A stretch of DNA of 37,559 bases from NCBI GenBank assembly GCA_964388905.1, contig CAYMDG010000006.1:1-37559 (forward strand). Direction: 5' to 3'. The DNA comes from an uncultured Bacteriovoracaceae bacterium (lineage in GTDB: Bacteria; Desulfobacterota; Desulfomonilia; UBA1062). Positions 16,527-27,900 of this stretch are shown piece by piece (the stretch's first letter is position 1; the number at the start of each line of letters is the position of its first letter). The notes under the pieces were generated by a model, which was not told where the DNA came from, did no database searches, and worked only from the letters and a program-made list of their open reading frames with translations. A program made the position numbers and the translations under genes.

Positions 16527-17276
16527 TTAAAATCGCGGTATGAAGCCACTGTTCCTTATTGCTTTGTAAGGAGCTAGCTTGCCACTTTTGTCAATGTAGC
16601 GAACATGGCAATTGCATTCGGTGTACACTTCTTTCAATTTTCTGAAATTAATGACGAAATCATTGATTGATAATGAATTAACCTCATCAAATGTGTAACC
16701 AAGTTTGAAAAGAATTTCTTGTAACTCTTCGGTTTCTGCCTCGAAAGTTACTGTAGTATCTGTAACTATTATCGTTGCAATGTCTTTAGGTATTTTGTTG
16801 CCATTTTTATCCAATATATAGAAACAGGGCGGCTTTCCATACCCTCTACTCTTCCCTGTACAGTTAGCCCACTCATCTAACTTTTTTTCAAGATCCTTTA
16901 TTCCCCCCTCATTATTTACCAACGCCACCTTTTTTTCTAGTTCATTTATCCCCCCTTGTTTGTCTAAGAGTTCTACCTTTTTTATTATTTCTTTTACCCC
17001 ATCTTTATCGACCAAGTCTTTCCACTTTTTTTTAACTTCATCTGATTTAAAATCCTTTGCGGGTATTAGTTTGGTGAGCTCGTCTGTTAATTTCACAAAA
17101 TCAGAAACCCCATAGCTCTTTGTGATCTCCCCAAGTTGATCTTCTATAGATGTTATTTTCCCTTTCTCTGAACTTTGAACACTCACTTCTATAACGTACA
17201 GAAAGAGACCGACAAATATAATCTGAACGAGAAAATCAACAAGGGTAAGAAGGAAAACTGAACTCTTGTCTTTCAT
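16527..17276 (-). CDS. ZorB/MotB-like single-TM protein lacking an OmpA domain
   Basis: N-terminal TM LLTLVDFLVQIIFVGLFLY with an intramembrane Asp, then ~16-aa repeats and a GKPPC domain. Coupled to the upstream gene by TAATG. Confidence 0.55.
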   Translation of the reverse strand: MKDKSSVFLLTLVDFLVQIIFVGLFLYVIEVSVQSSEKGKITSIEDQLGEITKSYGVSDFVKLTDELTKLIPAKDFKSDEVKKKWKDLVDKDGVKEIIKKVELLDKQGGINELEKKVALVNNEGGIKDLEKKLDEWANCTGKSRGYGKPPCFYILDKNGNKIPKDIATIIVTDTTVTFEAETEELQEILFKLGYTFDEVNSLSINDFVINFRKLKEVYTECNCHVRYIDKSGKLAPYKAIRNSGFIPRF

Positions 17277-18940
17277 TACACTTCAGATATATTTTTATCA
17301 ATATTTTGTCGCGGTTGAAGAACAATATCATTTATCCCAGTAGTTATATCAACTGATTTTTTACTAAGACCTGTAAGGTTATCTAAAACTTGACGCAAAA
17401 TAGGCTCTGCTTCTAGGGATTGGTTAATAACGCTAGCAAGGAGCCTCTCAATATATTTTAGATCTTTGCTATTGGCAATGCTCATAAGTTTATCAGTTAT
17501 CTGATTCATAAGTGGTTCAGCAGCAGTAGATTGTTTGATCACACTAGATAGTACCTTTTCAATTTCATTAATTTCACTGTTATTTGCTAGCACTTCCAAA
17601 TTATCCTTTATCTGGATAATCAGTGGTTCAGTCGCAGTAGTTTGTTGGATCATATTGGAAAGAACCCTTTCCAATTCGTGTGCATCCTCATTACTTGCAA
17701 GCGTGGATAGGTTGTCTTTGATCTGAGTTAATAACGGTTCAGCAACAGAAGATAACTTAATAATGCTACCAAGAGCCTTTTCAGCTTCTTGCAGTTCTCC
17801 TCTTATACTGCCTAATTGATTCAACCTTTCCGTTGCAGCACCCATTGACATGGATAGTCTGACTGTCCATTCATCAACCCCACCCAATCCCTTTGTTGCT
17901 TTGTCTGTCGCAGTATGGAGATTGTTGAACTGCTCAGGAAGCAATTCTGTCTGGTCTTTCAGAGAGACTATTCTATCCTTTAGTGCATCAACTTCTTTCA
18001 CAGCTGCATTCAGTGATGCAATGAACCCATTGAGCATTTCGGGTTGAGAACCTAGGATTTCCAAGGCAACCTTTACTTTATCCACCTCGTTATTTATATC
18101 CTTAATTTTTGAAAGTGTATCTGAGACTTCCTTTAGGGAGCTTGCTAGAATTTCTGAGTTTTGCCCAGTATCCTTAATGTGAATGTTTGCTTTTTCTGCA
18201 TTATTGGCAAGTCCATCCAAAGGGGAAGTTAGTTTTTTAAGTTGTATTGTGATTTTACTTGATCCTTCACCCAATTCCTTAATATCTTCCCCTAGACTCT
18301 CAACCGAAGAGCGGAAATCATCTAGACATTTCAGATCACTAAAAGATTCACTCAAAAATCCCTTGAATTCATCAACAGTAATTTTGAGCGCATCTGATGT
18401 AGTGGTTACACATTTATCGAGAGATTCTACGATCTTGTCGTTCATATCATTTATAGATAGCCTAGATTCAGCTGTTGCTTGTTTAACAATTTCCGAGGCT
18501 TGATTCACCGATCTTGAAAACTCTTCTATGGTATCGTTTGCCTCAAGAGTGTCTAATTTACCTGCCCATGCCAACAATATCATCCTGCCAAGCAGCGCTA
18601 TTCCCGTTGCAAGTAGACCTGCTCCAAATTGGAGAGCAACGGTCTTGACATTAAGATTAGCCTTATCCGCGGTTGTCTTGAAGATACACACGGCTAGGAT
18701 TTCTATTGTTATGAGAAATCCGAAATAATATACACTGTCAATCGCATCCTGTGAAATAACATTTTTTTTTGCAAGCTTATCCCAAAGGAAATAGCAATAC
18801 AGTAGTAAAGGCATACATCCTACAGGAATTATTAAGAATGTATCTAGCTTAAGAAATGCTAAAAATATTATCGAGCCAAGTGAAGTAATCAGTAAGTTAA
18901 GAAAAACTGTTTTTATTTGATATTTTGATAAGTCTTCCAT
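17276..18940 (-). CDS. ZorA/MotA/ExbB-like membrane protein with long coiled-coil tail
   Basis: TM segments DSVYYFGFLIT and FGAGLLATGIALLGR resemble MotA/ExbB TM motifs. Followed by a ~430-aa heptad-rich tail with 37-aa repeats. Confidence 0.6.
   Translation of the reverse strand: MEDLSKYQIKTVFLNLLITSLGSIIFLAFLKLDTFLIIPVGCMPLLLYCYFLWDKLAKKNVISQDAIDSVYYFGFLITIEILAVCIFKTTADKANLNVKTVALQFGAGLLATGIALLGRMILLAWAGKLDTLEANDTIEEFSRSVNQASEIVKQATAESRLSINDMNDKIVESLDKCVTTTSDALKITVDEFKGFLSESFSDLKCLDDFRSSVESLGEDIKELGEGSSKITIQLKKLTSPLDGLANNAEKANIHIKDTGQNSEILASSLKEVSDTLSKIKDINNEVDKVKVALEILGSQPEMLNGFIASLNAAVKEVDALKDRIVSLKDQTELLPEQFNNLHTATDKATKGLGGVDEWTVRLSMSMGAATERLNQLGSIRGELQEAEKALGSIIKLSSVAEPLLTQIKDNLSTLASNEDAHELERVLSNMIQQTTATEPLIIQIKDNLEVLANNSEINEIEKVLSSVIKQSTAAEPLMNQITDKLMSIANSKDLKYIERLLASVINQSLEAEPILRQVLDNLTGLSKKSVDITTGINDIVLQPRQNIDKNISEV
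17365..17800 (-). repeat. 111-bp (37-aa) tandem repeats in the ZorA-like tail
   Basis: EP anchors at + strand 17736, 17625, 17514 and 17403, exactly 111 bp apart. Boundaries are approximate. Confidence 0.85.
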
Positions 18941-18961
18941 GTTTTTATCCCTTCGTAAGAA

Positions 18962-19879
18962 TCAACCAGGCAAATTATAAAGACACAAACAATAACAATT
19001 CTGGTCATGTTCTACTTTATTGCATGGTGAGTCGAGGAACATGCACTCGCATGGTGTTCCTTGTTCAGCTTCTGTACACGAGCACTTGTTGTCGCCGAAG
19101 AACCATTGCCAGAAACGGTTTCTACATTTTACAGTAGTAGATGTCATTTTTGATTCAAACCGTGGGATGATATGGATATAAATCTTGACGTTCTTAAAGC
19201 TGGGCCTCTGAACACCTCCAGCTCTTTTCTCAAGAAATTGTTTTATTGCTTCTTCTGCGGAATGCGAATGATAGAGAGATAGATAATCAGAATTCTCCAT
19301 CATATCAGAGAATATAATCAGGTTGGATGTGCTAACATTTTTATTGCCCTTGAAAATTCCTCTTTCTTCTTTACTATCAGGATCGCCTACATCCATATAC
19401 CCGGATAGTGATAAATCTATCAGGGCTTCAGCCATGTGTGTCTCTTTTGATTCTCCTAATGGAGTTTGTAGGATGTCTCTCAAGGGTTGTTCAAAGGTTT
19501 TTTTAAATTCTTCTTTTACTGCTTCTGTGTCTTCATTTAAATCGTTTCCTTTTGACCTGGGTAAACAATGATAAAAAACAGGTGCAAGATTGTGCCTAGA
19601 AAGGTCATTCAGTGTGAATACTGATACGAGTTCTCCAATCTCCACACGTCTATGGATAAAGCTGAGAATACGTCTAATGATCTCATCTTGTGTCTGTTTG
19701 GAAACAGGTTGGCTGTGGTCGATTACTATTACTGTTTTACGTGTTATATCATCACCACAGCCTGTTGTTTTATCAATTTCCTTAAGCGATCTTACCCAGA
19801 GACTTCCTCCAACAACGAATATGATCAATGCAAGCGCAGGAATAATTACATACCAATGGTACTTCTTTAGCCCTGGCAT
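18962..19879 (-). CDS. Membrane-anchored VWA-like protein with Cys-rich C-terminus
   Basis: N-terminal TM, then VIVIDHS (MIDAS-like DxS), T...EAL, LIIFSDMMENS and FW.WFF. Nine Cys in the last ~55 aa. Confidence 0.6.
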   Translation of the reverse strand: MPGLKKYHWYVIIPALALIIFVVGGSLWVRSLKEIDKTTGCGDDITRKTVIVIDHSQPVSKQTQDEIIRRILSFIHRRVEIGELVSVFTLNDLSRHNLAPVFYHCLPRSKGNDLNEDTEAVKEEFKKTFEQPLRDILQTPLGESKETHMAEALIDLSLSGYMDVGDPDSKEERGIFKGNKNVSTSNLIIFSDMMENSDYLSLYHSHSAEEAIKQFLEKRAGGVQRPSFKNVKIYIHIIPRFESKMTSTTVKCRNRFWQWFFGDNKCSCTEAEQGTPCECMFLDSPCNKVEHDQNCYCLCLYNLPG

Positions 19880-21486
19880 TATGCCGCTCCTCCGTTTAAC
19901 CTCGTGCTGTTAATTGATGATGAGCCTCTTATCTGCGCAATAAGATCATTTGCTTTATTTTCAACATCATTTTTAAGATACTCATCAAAGCGCTGGCCAA
20001 GAAATGCTTGATGTTCAAGCAGAATAGTTTTCCTTAATGCAGCTAGTCTTGTTGTGTTGTTACTTATCTTATCATTAAAACTCTGTTCCAATGTTTTCAT
20101 TTCTGCTTCAAGTTTTTCCAATTCGAGCCTTCCGATGCTTGTGTCTGTATTAATTTGAGGTATGATCTTGAAATATTCTGGAGCGGGATTGGGAGACCGG
20201 GCTGCTTCATTAGCGACCCTATAAGTAACTATAATAGCTTGCATGTCTTTTATAATAGTATCTATTATCGCATCTTTTTTACTCATTGACATCTTTATAG
20301 CACGCCTAAGATTGTCAATATTGTCCTCGATTCTCACAACAAGGGCTTGTAATCTAATAAGTTCGCTCTCTTTCTCAACAAGCTTGTTAATAATATCTGT
20401 GCGCACGGTCTGGACTTTATTTTTGAATGCCTGTTCAGCCTTTCTATAGTCTTCGTAAGGTCTTCTATACCCCCAATAGGCATCCGTAAGAGAATAACCC
20501 TCATAAAAAGCTAGAATGCATATAATGAAACTAATACAGAAAAGCAGGAAGCTCATTATGTCTCCGAATGGGTAATTGAAAGTAAAAATTGTGAGAGCAG
20601 CAGATTTAGCTTTCGTGGCTGCATCCGTAAGTTGTTGAAAATCTCTAGGGTTAGTTACATACTGGTATTCGTGTCGATAACAAGACAGCATTGTATTGAA
20701 AAAAAGAGCTACAACTATCCAAAACAAAAAACTTAACCAACCTATTACTTTCTTAATAATGTTTACATGACTTACAAAGCGGAACATTAATCCCAAGATA
20801 CCAGCTGCTGCAATGTTAATAAATGATACAAGACCTGCTATGAAAGCCCCGCCTAATAACCCGCGTTCATTCTTAAAAAATACAGCATTGATAAATGCCT
20901 CCATAAGAATGCATGATATGATAATGCCAATTTTAAAATACTGTTCTTCAGCAGTAGGATATTTCGCAGGGCGAGTGAGATTGTGCTCTCTTTTGAACCA
21001 GTTGAGGTGCTGGATCGCTTCAATTTCATTTTTCCGTAGATATGCTAGACCATCCTTGGTTTCATCTTGGAAGTCCTCTTTATCTTTCCTTTTTTTTAAG
21101 GGATCTGATGATCCGTCACGATTAAGGGTTTTTATTGATTCAATCTCGCTAGTTATTTTGTCTAGTCCGTCCGATACAGCAGCCTCTACCTCTCTATTAG
21201 TTTTCCGTAGATCCGAATTAATGTTCTCTATCTCGACGCTATAGCCATCAATGGCAATTTTAAAATTACTAATCTCATCTTCTATGAATTTCTCGGCTTG
21301 AGAAATAATTACATGTTCATATTGGTCAGGTTTTGTAGCGGTTTGAGGAGGCCTTGAATTAGAACCTTCATCTTCACCTTTTCTTTTTGTTTCGTTTCTC
21401 CTAGTTGAAGTGGCTAATTGACCATTGTATGTCGGCTCGTAAGGCTTCACAGAGCTGATAGATTTAATTGGTTCATCTTCAGGCAT
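19879..21486 (-). CDS. Multi-pass membrane protein flanked by coiled coils
   Basis: 535 aa with four hydrophobic segments and heptad-rich N- and C-terminal regions. RBS AGGAGG, and TAATG coupling to the next gene. Confidence 0.8.
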   Translation of the reverse strand: MPEDEPIKSISSVKPYEPTYNGQLATSTRRNETKRKGEDEGSNSRPPQTATKPDQYEHVIISQAEKFIEDEISNFKIAIDGYSVEIENINSDLRKTNREVEAAVSDGLDKITSEIESIKTLNRDGSSDPLKKRKDKEDFQDETKDGLAYLRKNEIEAIQHLNWFKREHNLTRPAKYPTAEEQYFKIGIIISCILMEAFINAVFFKNERGLLGGAFIAGLVSFINIAAAGILGLMFRFVSHVNIIKKVIGWLSFLFWIVVALFFNTMLSCYRHEYQYVTNPRDFQQLTDAATKAKSAALTIFTFNYPFGDIMSFLLFCISFIICILAFYEGYSLTDAYWGYRRPYEDYRKAEQAFKNKVQTVRTDIINKLVEKESELIRLQALVVRIEDNIDNLRRAIKMSMSKKDAIIDTIIKDMQAIIVTYRVANEAARSPNPAPEYFKIIPQINTDTSIGRLELEKLEAEMKTLEQSFNDKISNNTTRLAALRKTILLEHQAFLGQRFDEYLKNDVENKANDLIAQIRGSSSINSTRLNGGAA

Positions 21487-21580
21487 ATGTATTACCTCCT
21501 AAGAGACTCAAGTGTGACTGCCAGTAAGGATTCTTGAGATGCCCTTGATTTAATAATAAAATTAAAATATATTCTAATAG

Positions 21581-21610
21581 AAGATATCAAATATCGTTTA
21601 ATAATGTCAA
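21581..21610 (-). promoter_or_regulatory. Putative sigma70 promoter for the four-gene membrane operon
   Basis: Minus strand TTGACA-N18-TATCTT with a TGn extension, about 95 bp upstream of the 21486 start. Confidence 0.4.
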
Positions 21611-21990
21611 TAGACTAGTGCCTTGATATGGTGACATCATTAAAATTTATGGTATTAATTTCACAATTAAAGTTCTTTTAACTATAGACTTTGATTGATT
21701 ATTTGACCTCCTCCAAATGACGATGTATTTTAGGAGATTGTCGTATGCAGTTCAAAACACCTCGAATAAACTATATATTACGTGATCTCGGTTGCCTACT
21801 AGGAGGTTTGACGAGTCAAAAGTTTCAGTAAATTTGAGTGGCAGAATTGGACAGCAAGGAATAATATCTCATATGCTGTAGGTTAAAGAAAATAGCAAAG
21901 AGAATCCACTGAAATTGACATCAGCACAGTTCGATGCTGTTTGTAATAGATATAACTAGATAAGGCGCATTTTATTCAGAGGAGAGTTCA

Positions 21991-24900
21991 GTGGAAAGTG
22001 ATTTTAATATTAATTGTATCTATGTTGTTTTAACGCCAAAAATTAATCTCGCATTTTATCAGAACGCAGTGCCGGTTTTACGTGAACTTGTGATCATTAA
22101 TGAAGGTAAAGAAACATTGCAGGAGGTTGAGTTGAGCCTTCAATCTGAGCCAGCCTTTATAAAGTCAAAGATCTGGCGGGCTGACGCTATTAAGGCAGGC
22201 CAGCATTTTCGCATCACAGATTTGGATGTGTCACTTGATGGAGCGCTTCTAGGACGTCTGACCGAAGCTGAATCTGCCCGGGTGACGTTTGTCCTGAATG
22301 TTGGTGAAAAAGAATTTGGTAGATTGGATAAAATGATAGAACTTCTCCCCCGCAATCAGTGGGGAGGCATTGGTCATATGCCAGAAATCATAGCGGCATT
22401 TGTACAGCCGAATGAGCCTGCAATTGACCATTTACTCAAGAAGACAGCGGAAATACTTCGTAATCATGGTAAAAATAGTGCGCTTACAGGCTATGAAGGA
22501 GGCCCGAAACGGGTCTGGGAATTGTCTTCAGCAATTTGGGCTGCCTTTGGCTCCATTGGTCTTGATTATTCTCTACCTCCTGCCAGTTTTGAACGTGCAG
22601 GTCAGAAAATTCGTAGTTCTGGCCAGATCATAGACGCCAGAATCGCCACTTGTATGGACACAACACTGTTCTTCTGTGCAGTATTTGAGCAGTGTGGTCT
22701 TAATCCATTAATTATTTTCACACAGAACCATGTCTTTGCTGGTGTTTGGCTGAAAGCTGAAGAATTTACAACAGTTGTAGTCGATGACATTACGGCCCTT
22801 CGTAAACGAGAAAAACTCAATGAACTTTTATTGTTCGAGACAACCCTTGTCACACAACGCCCATGCCCAAGCTTCAAACGTGCTGTTGAATTGGGCGCTC
22901 AGCATATCTCAGAGGATGAAGAAGGACAATTTGAGCTTGCCATAGACATTCGACGAGCTCGATTACAGCGAATAAAACCTTTGGCGAGTGAGCATGTGGT
23001 CGAGCCCTCTGGCCAAAAGATCTCACCTAAGGAAGATCTGGAAGCTGTTTTTGAAGAGGCTCCGGATTTTCCCGATTATGAGATAGTACAACAAGCTCAG
23101 ACGACCCCCTCTGAACCACAGGATCGCTTGGATCGCTGGCAAAGAAAGTTACTTGATCTCTCTCTTCGCAATAGTCTTTTAAATTTTCGGACAACAAAAA
23201 GGGCAATCAAGTTATTTGCTCCTGATCCAGGTCGAATTGAAGATATGCTCTCAGATGGACACGTGCTCAAGCTGCTTCCACACCCTGACCTTATGAATGG
23301 AACGGATCCTCGCAGCCAAAAAATTTACGAGGCCCGTACAAGCGAAGACGTTCGTCGTGCCCATGCCGTGGATGCACTTAACAGAAAAGAAATTATGGTG
23401 AGTCTTCCAAAAGATGAGCTTGACAGTCGTTTGGTCGAACTATATCGCTTCGCTCGCGCTAACTTACAAGAAGGAGGAGCAAACACTCTTTTCCTAGCTC
23501 TAGGTTTTCTTTCATGGACTAGAGATGAAAAGGACAATAAACGTTTTAGAGCACCACTTGTTTTGATCCCCGTAACCTTGCAACGCAGTAGTGTGCGTTC
23601 TGGATTCACTCTGAGGATACACGATGATGAGCCACGTTTCAATCCAACATTAATTGAGATGTTGCGGCAGGATTTCCACCTCGAACTACAGGTAAGACAG
23701 GGTGAACTTCCAAGAGATGACCATGGATTGGATATTACGGGAATCTGGAATGCTGTTGCCCAAGCCATTAAAGATATCCGGGGTTGGGAAGTAGTTGAAG
23801 AGGTGGTGCTTTCAACTTACTCATTTGCAAAATACTTGATGTGGAAGGATCTGATTGACCGTACTGATCAACTAAAACAGAACCCCGTGGTGAAGCACCT
23901 TATAGATACGCCACGTGAGACTTATCAATCATCCGGATGCACCTTTCTTGATCCTAGAGCTTTGGACCAAACATATGGGCCAGAACAGATTTTTTGCCCA
24001 CTTTCAGCAGACTCATCCCAATTGTCAGCTGTGATTGCTGCGGCAAATGGCAAAGATTTCGTTTTGATTGGCCCACCAGGAACAGGCAAAAGCCAGACCA
24101 TTGCAAACATAATAGCTCACTGCTTGGCGGAGAAAAAAAGTATTTTGTTCGTGTCGGAGAAGATTGCTGCTCTGAACGTAGTTTACCGACGTCTATGTGA
24201 AATAAAATTAGGTGATTTCTGCCTTCAGCTTCACTCCAACAAAGCGCGCAAAGTTGATGTACTTCAACAGCTTGATTGTGCATGGGAAGCCAAAGGTGAA
24301 ATTGATGATGAGGAGTGGAAAAGAGAGACTCAGCGCCTTAAAACAATTCGGGACCAGTTAAATAAATTTGTCAGACAACTCCACTGCAAACGACGAAATG
24401 GACTGACGGCTTATACCGCTATTGGATTGATAACAGCAGGAAGAGATCTACCAAAATTGGGGCTTTCATGGCCTTCGGCGGATGTTCATAGTGCAGAGGA
24501 TTTAGTTGCGCTTAGAGATCTTGCAGATAAACTGGACATAAACGCTAAGGAAGTAGGAGCAATAGCTAATAGTCCTCTAGCTTATATTCCCCTCGGTGAG
24601 TGGTCTCCAAGCTGGCAACAGGCACTGATTGATTCTGCTTGTGATCTTATTTCTGCAGCTGATCATCTTGATAAATCAGCGCAAATACTTTTCGAAGCCA
24701 TTGGCATACCTAAGTTCTCTCTAGACGAGCGCAGACGTGAGGTACTCTCAATATTGAGTCGCACACTACCTAATGCTGCAGGACGTGATTGGCGTTTTGT
24801 CTTACGTCATGATGTGCGAACAATTAGTGAGGAACTGCGGAATGGATTGAGTCTATTGGAACAGTGTCGAGATATTAAAAGTCATCTACATACTCCCTGG

Positions 24901-27900
24901 TCTGTCGATTTGATCCAAAAAATTAAGCATGGACTGGACATAATTGAACGCCACCGGGAGGTTTCATCCCAATTATCTACGACATACAACAGCAATGTTT
25001 CCAATATTGACGTTGGGCAATTAAAAATAGATTGGGAAAAAGCAAACAAGTCCTGGTGGCCATTAAACTGGTTAAGGCGCCGTCAGGTTCGTTCTGCTTT
25101 GGTTGAAGTGGTTGAAGGAGATCATGATATTGAACTCCCATCCGATATTGATCGTCTAGTCATCCTACGCAAGCTTGACTCTGAAATTAACATCCTTGCA
25201 GACTCTACGACAATAACATCAAATCTTTGGGCTGGACTGGATACAAGAGTGGACGATATGTCGGCTGCACTTACATTTCAAACTACTATGCATTTAGTGT
25301 TGGCTGATCAAAGTTGGAACGAAGGTGGGATTGCCGCGGTCGCCGCTGGACGATGTGGGGCTTACATGGCTGCTGATTTGGAGAGATTGAGATCTTTGCG
25401 ATTTTTGCAAAATGAAATTGCTAAGCTCGATCACTTGCATAGCAAAACCAACGGATTGTGGAATGGACTCAACACTAGGACGGAGGAATTAGAAAGGGCG
25501 TTGGATTTTCAGGAAAAGCTAACCATTTCTATTAGTAAAATTGCCACATCATCAGAGTCTTTCAGTAAAATTAAAACTACACTACAGCATTTGTTGGGCG
25601 AGGGTAATGCTTTGCTTGACCCAACAGGACCAATAGCCAATGCAGGAAGTAGATATAGTGAGGCTGTTGAGCGTTTCCATTCTGCTTATAATAACTTCTC
25701 TGTGAAATCTGGAATGATAGCATCTGAAATCAATATCAAGGAAGACGAAACACCGGAAAGCATAAAAAATATTTGCAGCGGCATTGTTCAATTACAGCCT
25801 AAACTCCGCGCGTGGTGTGCGTGGCGAAAGGTAAGGGGCGAAGCTATTACAAAAGGCCTGATGCCACTTGTTAATGCTATAGAAAAAGGTAAAGTTGAAC
25901 ATGGTGTAATAAGAAAATCATTTGAGATAGACTATGCTCGTTGGTGGTTGAACGTAACTGTAGATAATGATGAAGTCCTTTTAAATTTTGTCTCTGCAGA
26001 GCATGATAAATGCATCGCCGATTTTAGGGCACTCGATGATAGACTCACCGAACTGACACGTGACTATGTCAGAGCTGGTTTGTGTGCTGCTCTTCCTGGC
26101 AAACAAGAATCACGCAGGAATTCGGAATGGGGCATACTCCGACATGAAATGCAAAAGAAAAAACAGCACATGCCGTTACGCGAGCTCATAAATTGCATCC
26201 CGAGTGCAATTACTAAGTTAGCTCCATGTTTATTAATGAGCCCATTGTCTATAGCTCAGTACCTATCAACCGAAACTCCTCTTTTCGATATTGTGGTGTT
26301 CGATGAAGCTTCGCAGATTCCTGTCTGGGATGCTATTGGGGCGATTGCCCGCGGGAAACAGGTAGTGATGGTAGGTGACCCCAAGCAGCTTCCCCCAACA
26401 AGTTTCTTTGATAGAGCTGAATCAGAAGCTGATTACGAAGATGTGGAAGGAGACCTAGAAAGTATCTTAGATGAATGTCTTGGAGCGAATCTTCCGATGT
26501 TAAATCTTTCATGGCATTATCGTAGCAGACATGAAAGTCTGATCACATTTTCTAATAGCCGTTATTACGGTGGTGGCCTCCTGACATTCCCGTCGCCAAA
26601 TACTGAAGATAAGGCAGTTAGTCTTCATATAGTGGAAGATGGTGTTTATGAGAAGGGCGGTGCACGAATTAATAAGCCTGAAGCTCGAGCTTTAGTCACT
26701 CATATAGTCTCGCGCCTTAAAGACCAGGAGTTCGTAGATCGAGGTCTAAGCATAGGTATTGTAACCTTTAACGCAGAACAGCAAAGATTGATTGAAGATC
26801 TGCTTGATTTTGAGAGACGAAAATTGCCTTCTATAGAGTCTTTCTTCGCTGATGATAGAATCGAGCCTATCTTTGTGAAAAACCTTGAGAGCGTACAGGG
26901 CGACGAGCGAGACATTATGTACTTCTCACTTACCTACGGGCCTGACATAACCAAGGCAATATCCATGAATTTTGGCCCTATGAATCAAGATGGGGGTGAG
27001 CGTCGCTTAAATGTAGCTATTACTCGCGCTCGACATGAATTACTTGTTTTTTCAAGTCTGCGGCCAGAGCAAATTGATTTGTCTCGTACTTCAGCTGTTG
27101 GAGTACGGGATCTGAAGCATTTCATGGAATTTGCCGATCGTGGCCCAAAGGCTATTGCAGAGGCTGTTTATGGTACTATCGGCGACTACGACAGCCAGTT
27201 TGAAAGGATGGTGGCCGAAGCCCTGGCAAACAAGGGGTGGTATGTGCATCCACAAGTAGGTGTGTCATCTTTTCGTATTGATATCGGTGTCGTAGATCCT
27301 GATATGCCTGGACAGTATTTGGCTGGTATAGAATGCGATGGAGCTACGTATCATCGCTCTGCCACTGCTCGGGACCGAGATAAATTGCGAGAGCATGTTC
27401 TTCACGGGCTTGGCTGGCATATTGTACGTATTTGGTCCACAGATTGGTGGATTGATGCTTCTGGCGCGTTGGAAAAGGTGCATTCCAGTCTTGAAAGATT
27501 ACTTGAGGAAAGCCGCGCAAAGCGAGCTGAAGAAGAATGCAAACGTCAAGAAGTGTTGACAACCACCAAGATGATAAACAGTCAAGATTTTGAGGGTAAC
27601 CGTCCTGCAGATGCAGATCTTTTTCTTCCTGCTGATGTAATAACCCCGAGAGGTAGCTATCAGAAGCAAATTGTATTACATACTGAGTCAGAAAGTAATA
27701 TAGCTGAAAGTAGCCTTATATCTGAGCACGCTATCACAAACCACTCATCTGTAACTCTGCCGGGGTCATATGTAGAGGCTTATCACCAGCAAGAACTATT
27801 TAGGGAACACTATTCTGCTATTTTTGCCCCTTACCAAAGCTATATTGGGCACTCATTCAGTGATCCGCGTATTACCAGTACTGGTGGAATTGCCGAAGGA

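Noticed and set aside
16527-18940. Canonical Zorya type I/II/III, flagellar motAB or a chemoreceptor
   Set aside because: No OmpA domain, no adjacent zorC/D/E/F/G or flagellar genes, and no MCP signalling hairpin motif in the tail.
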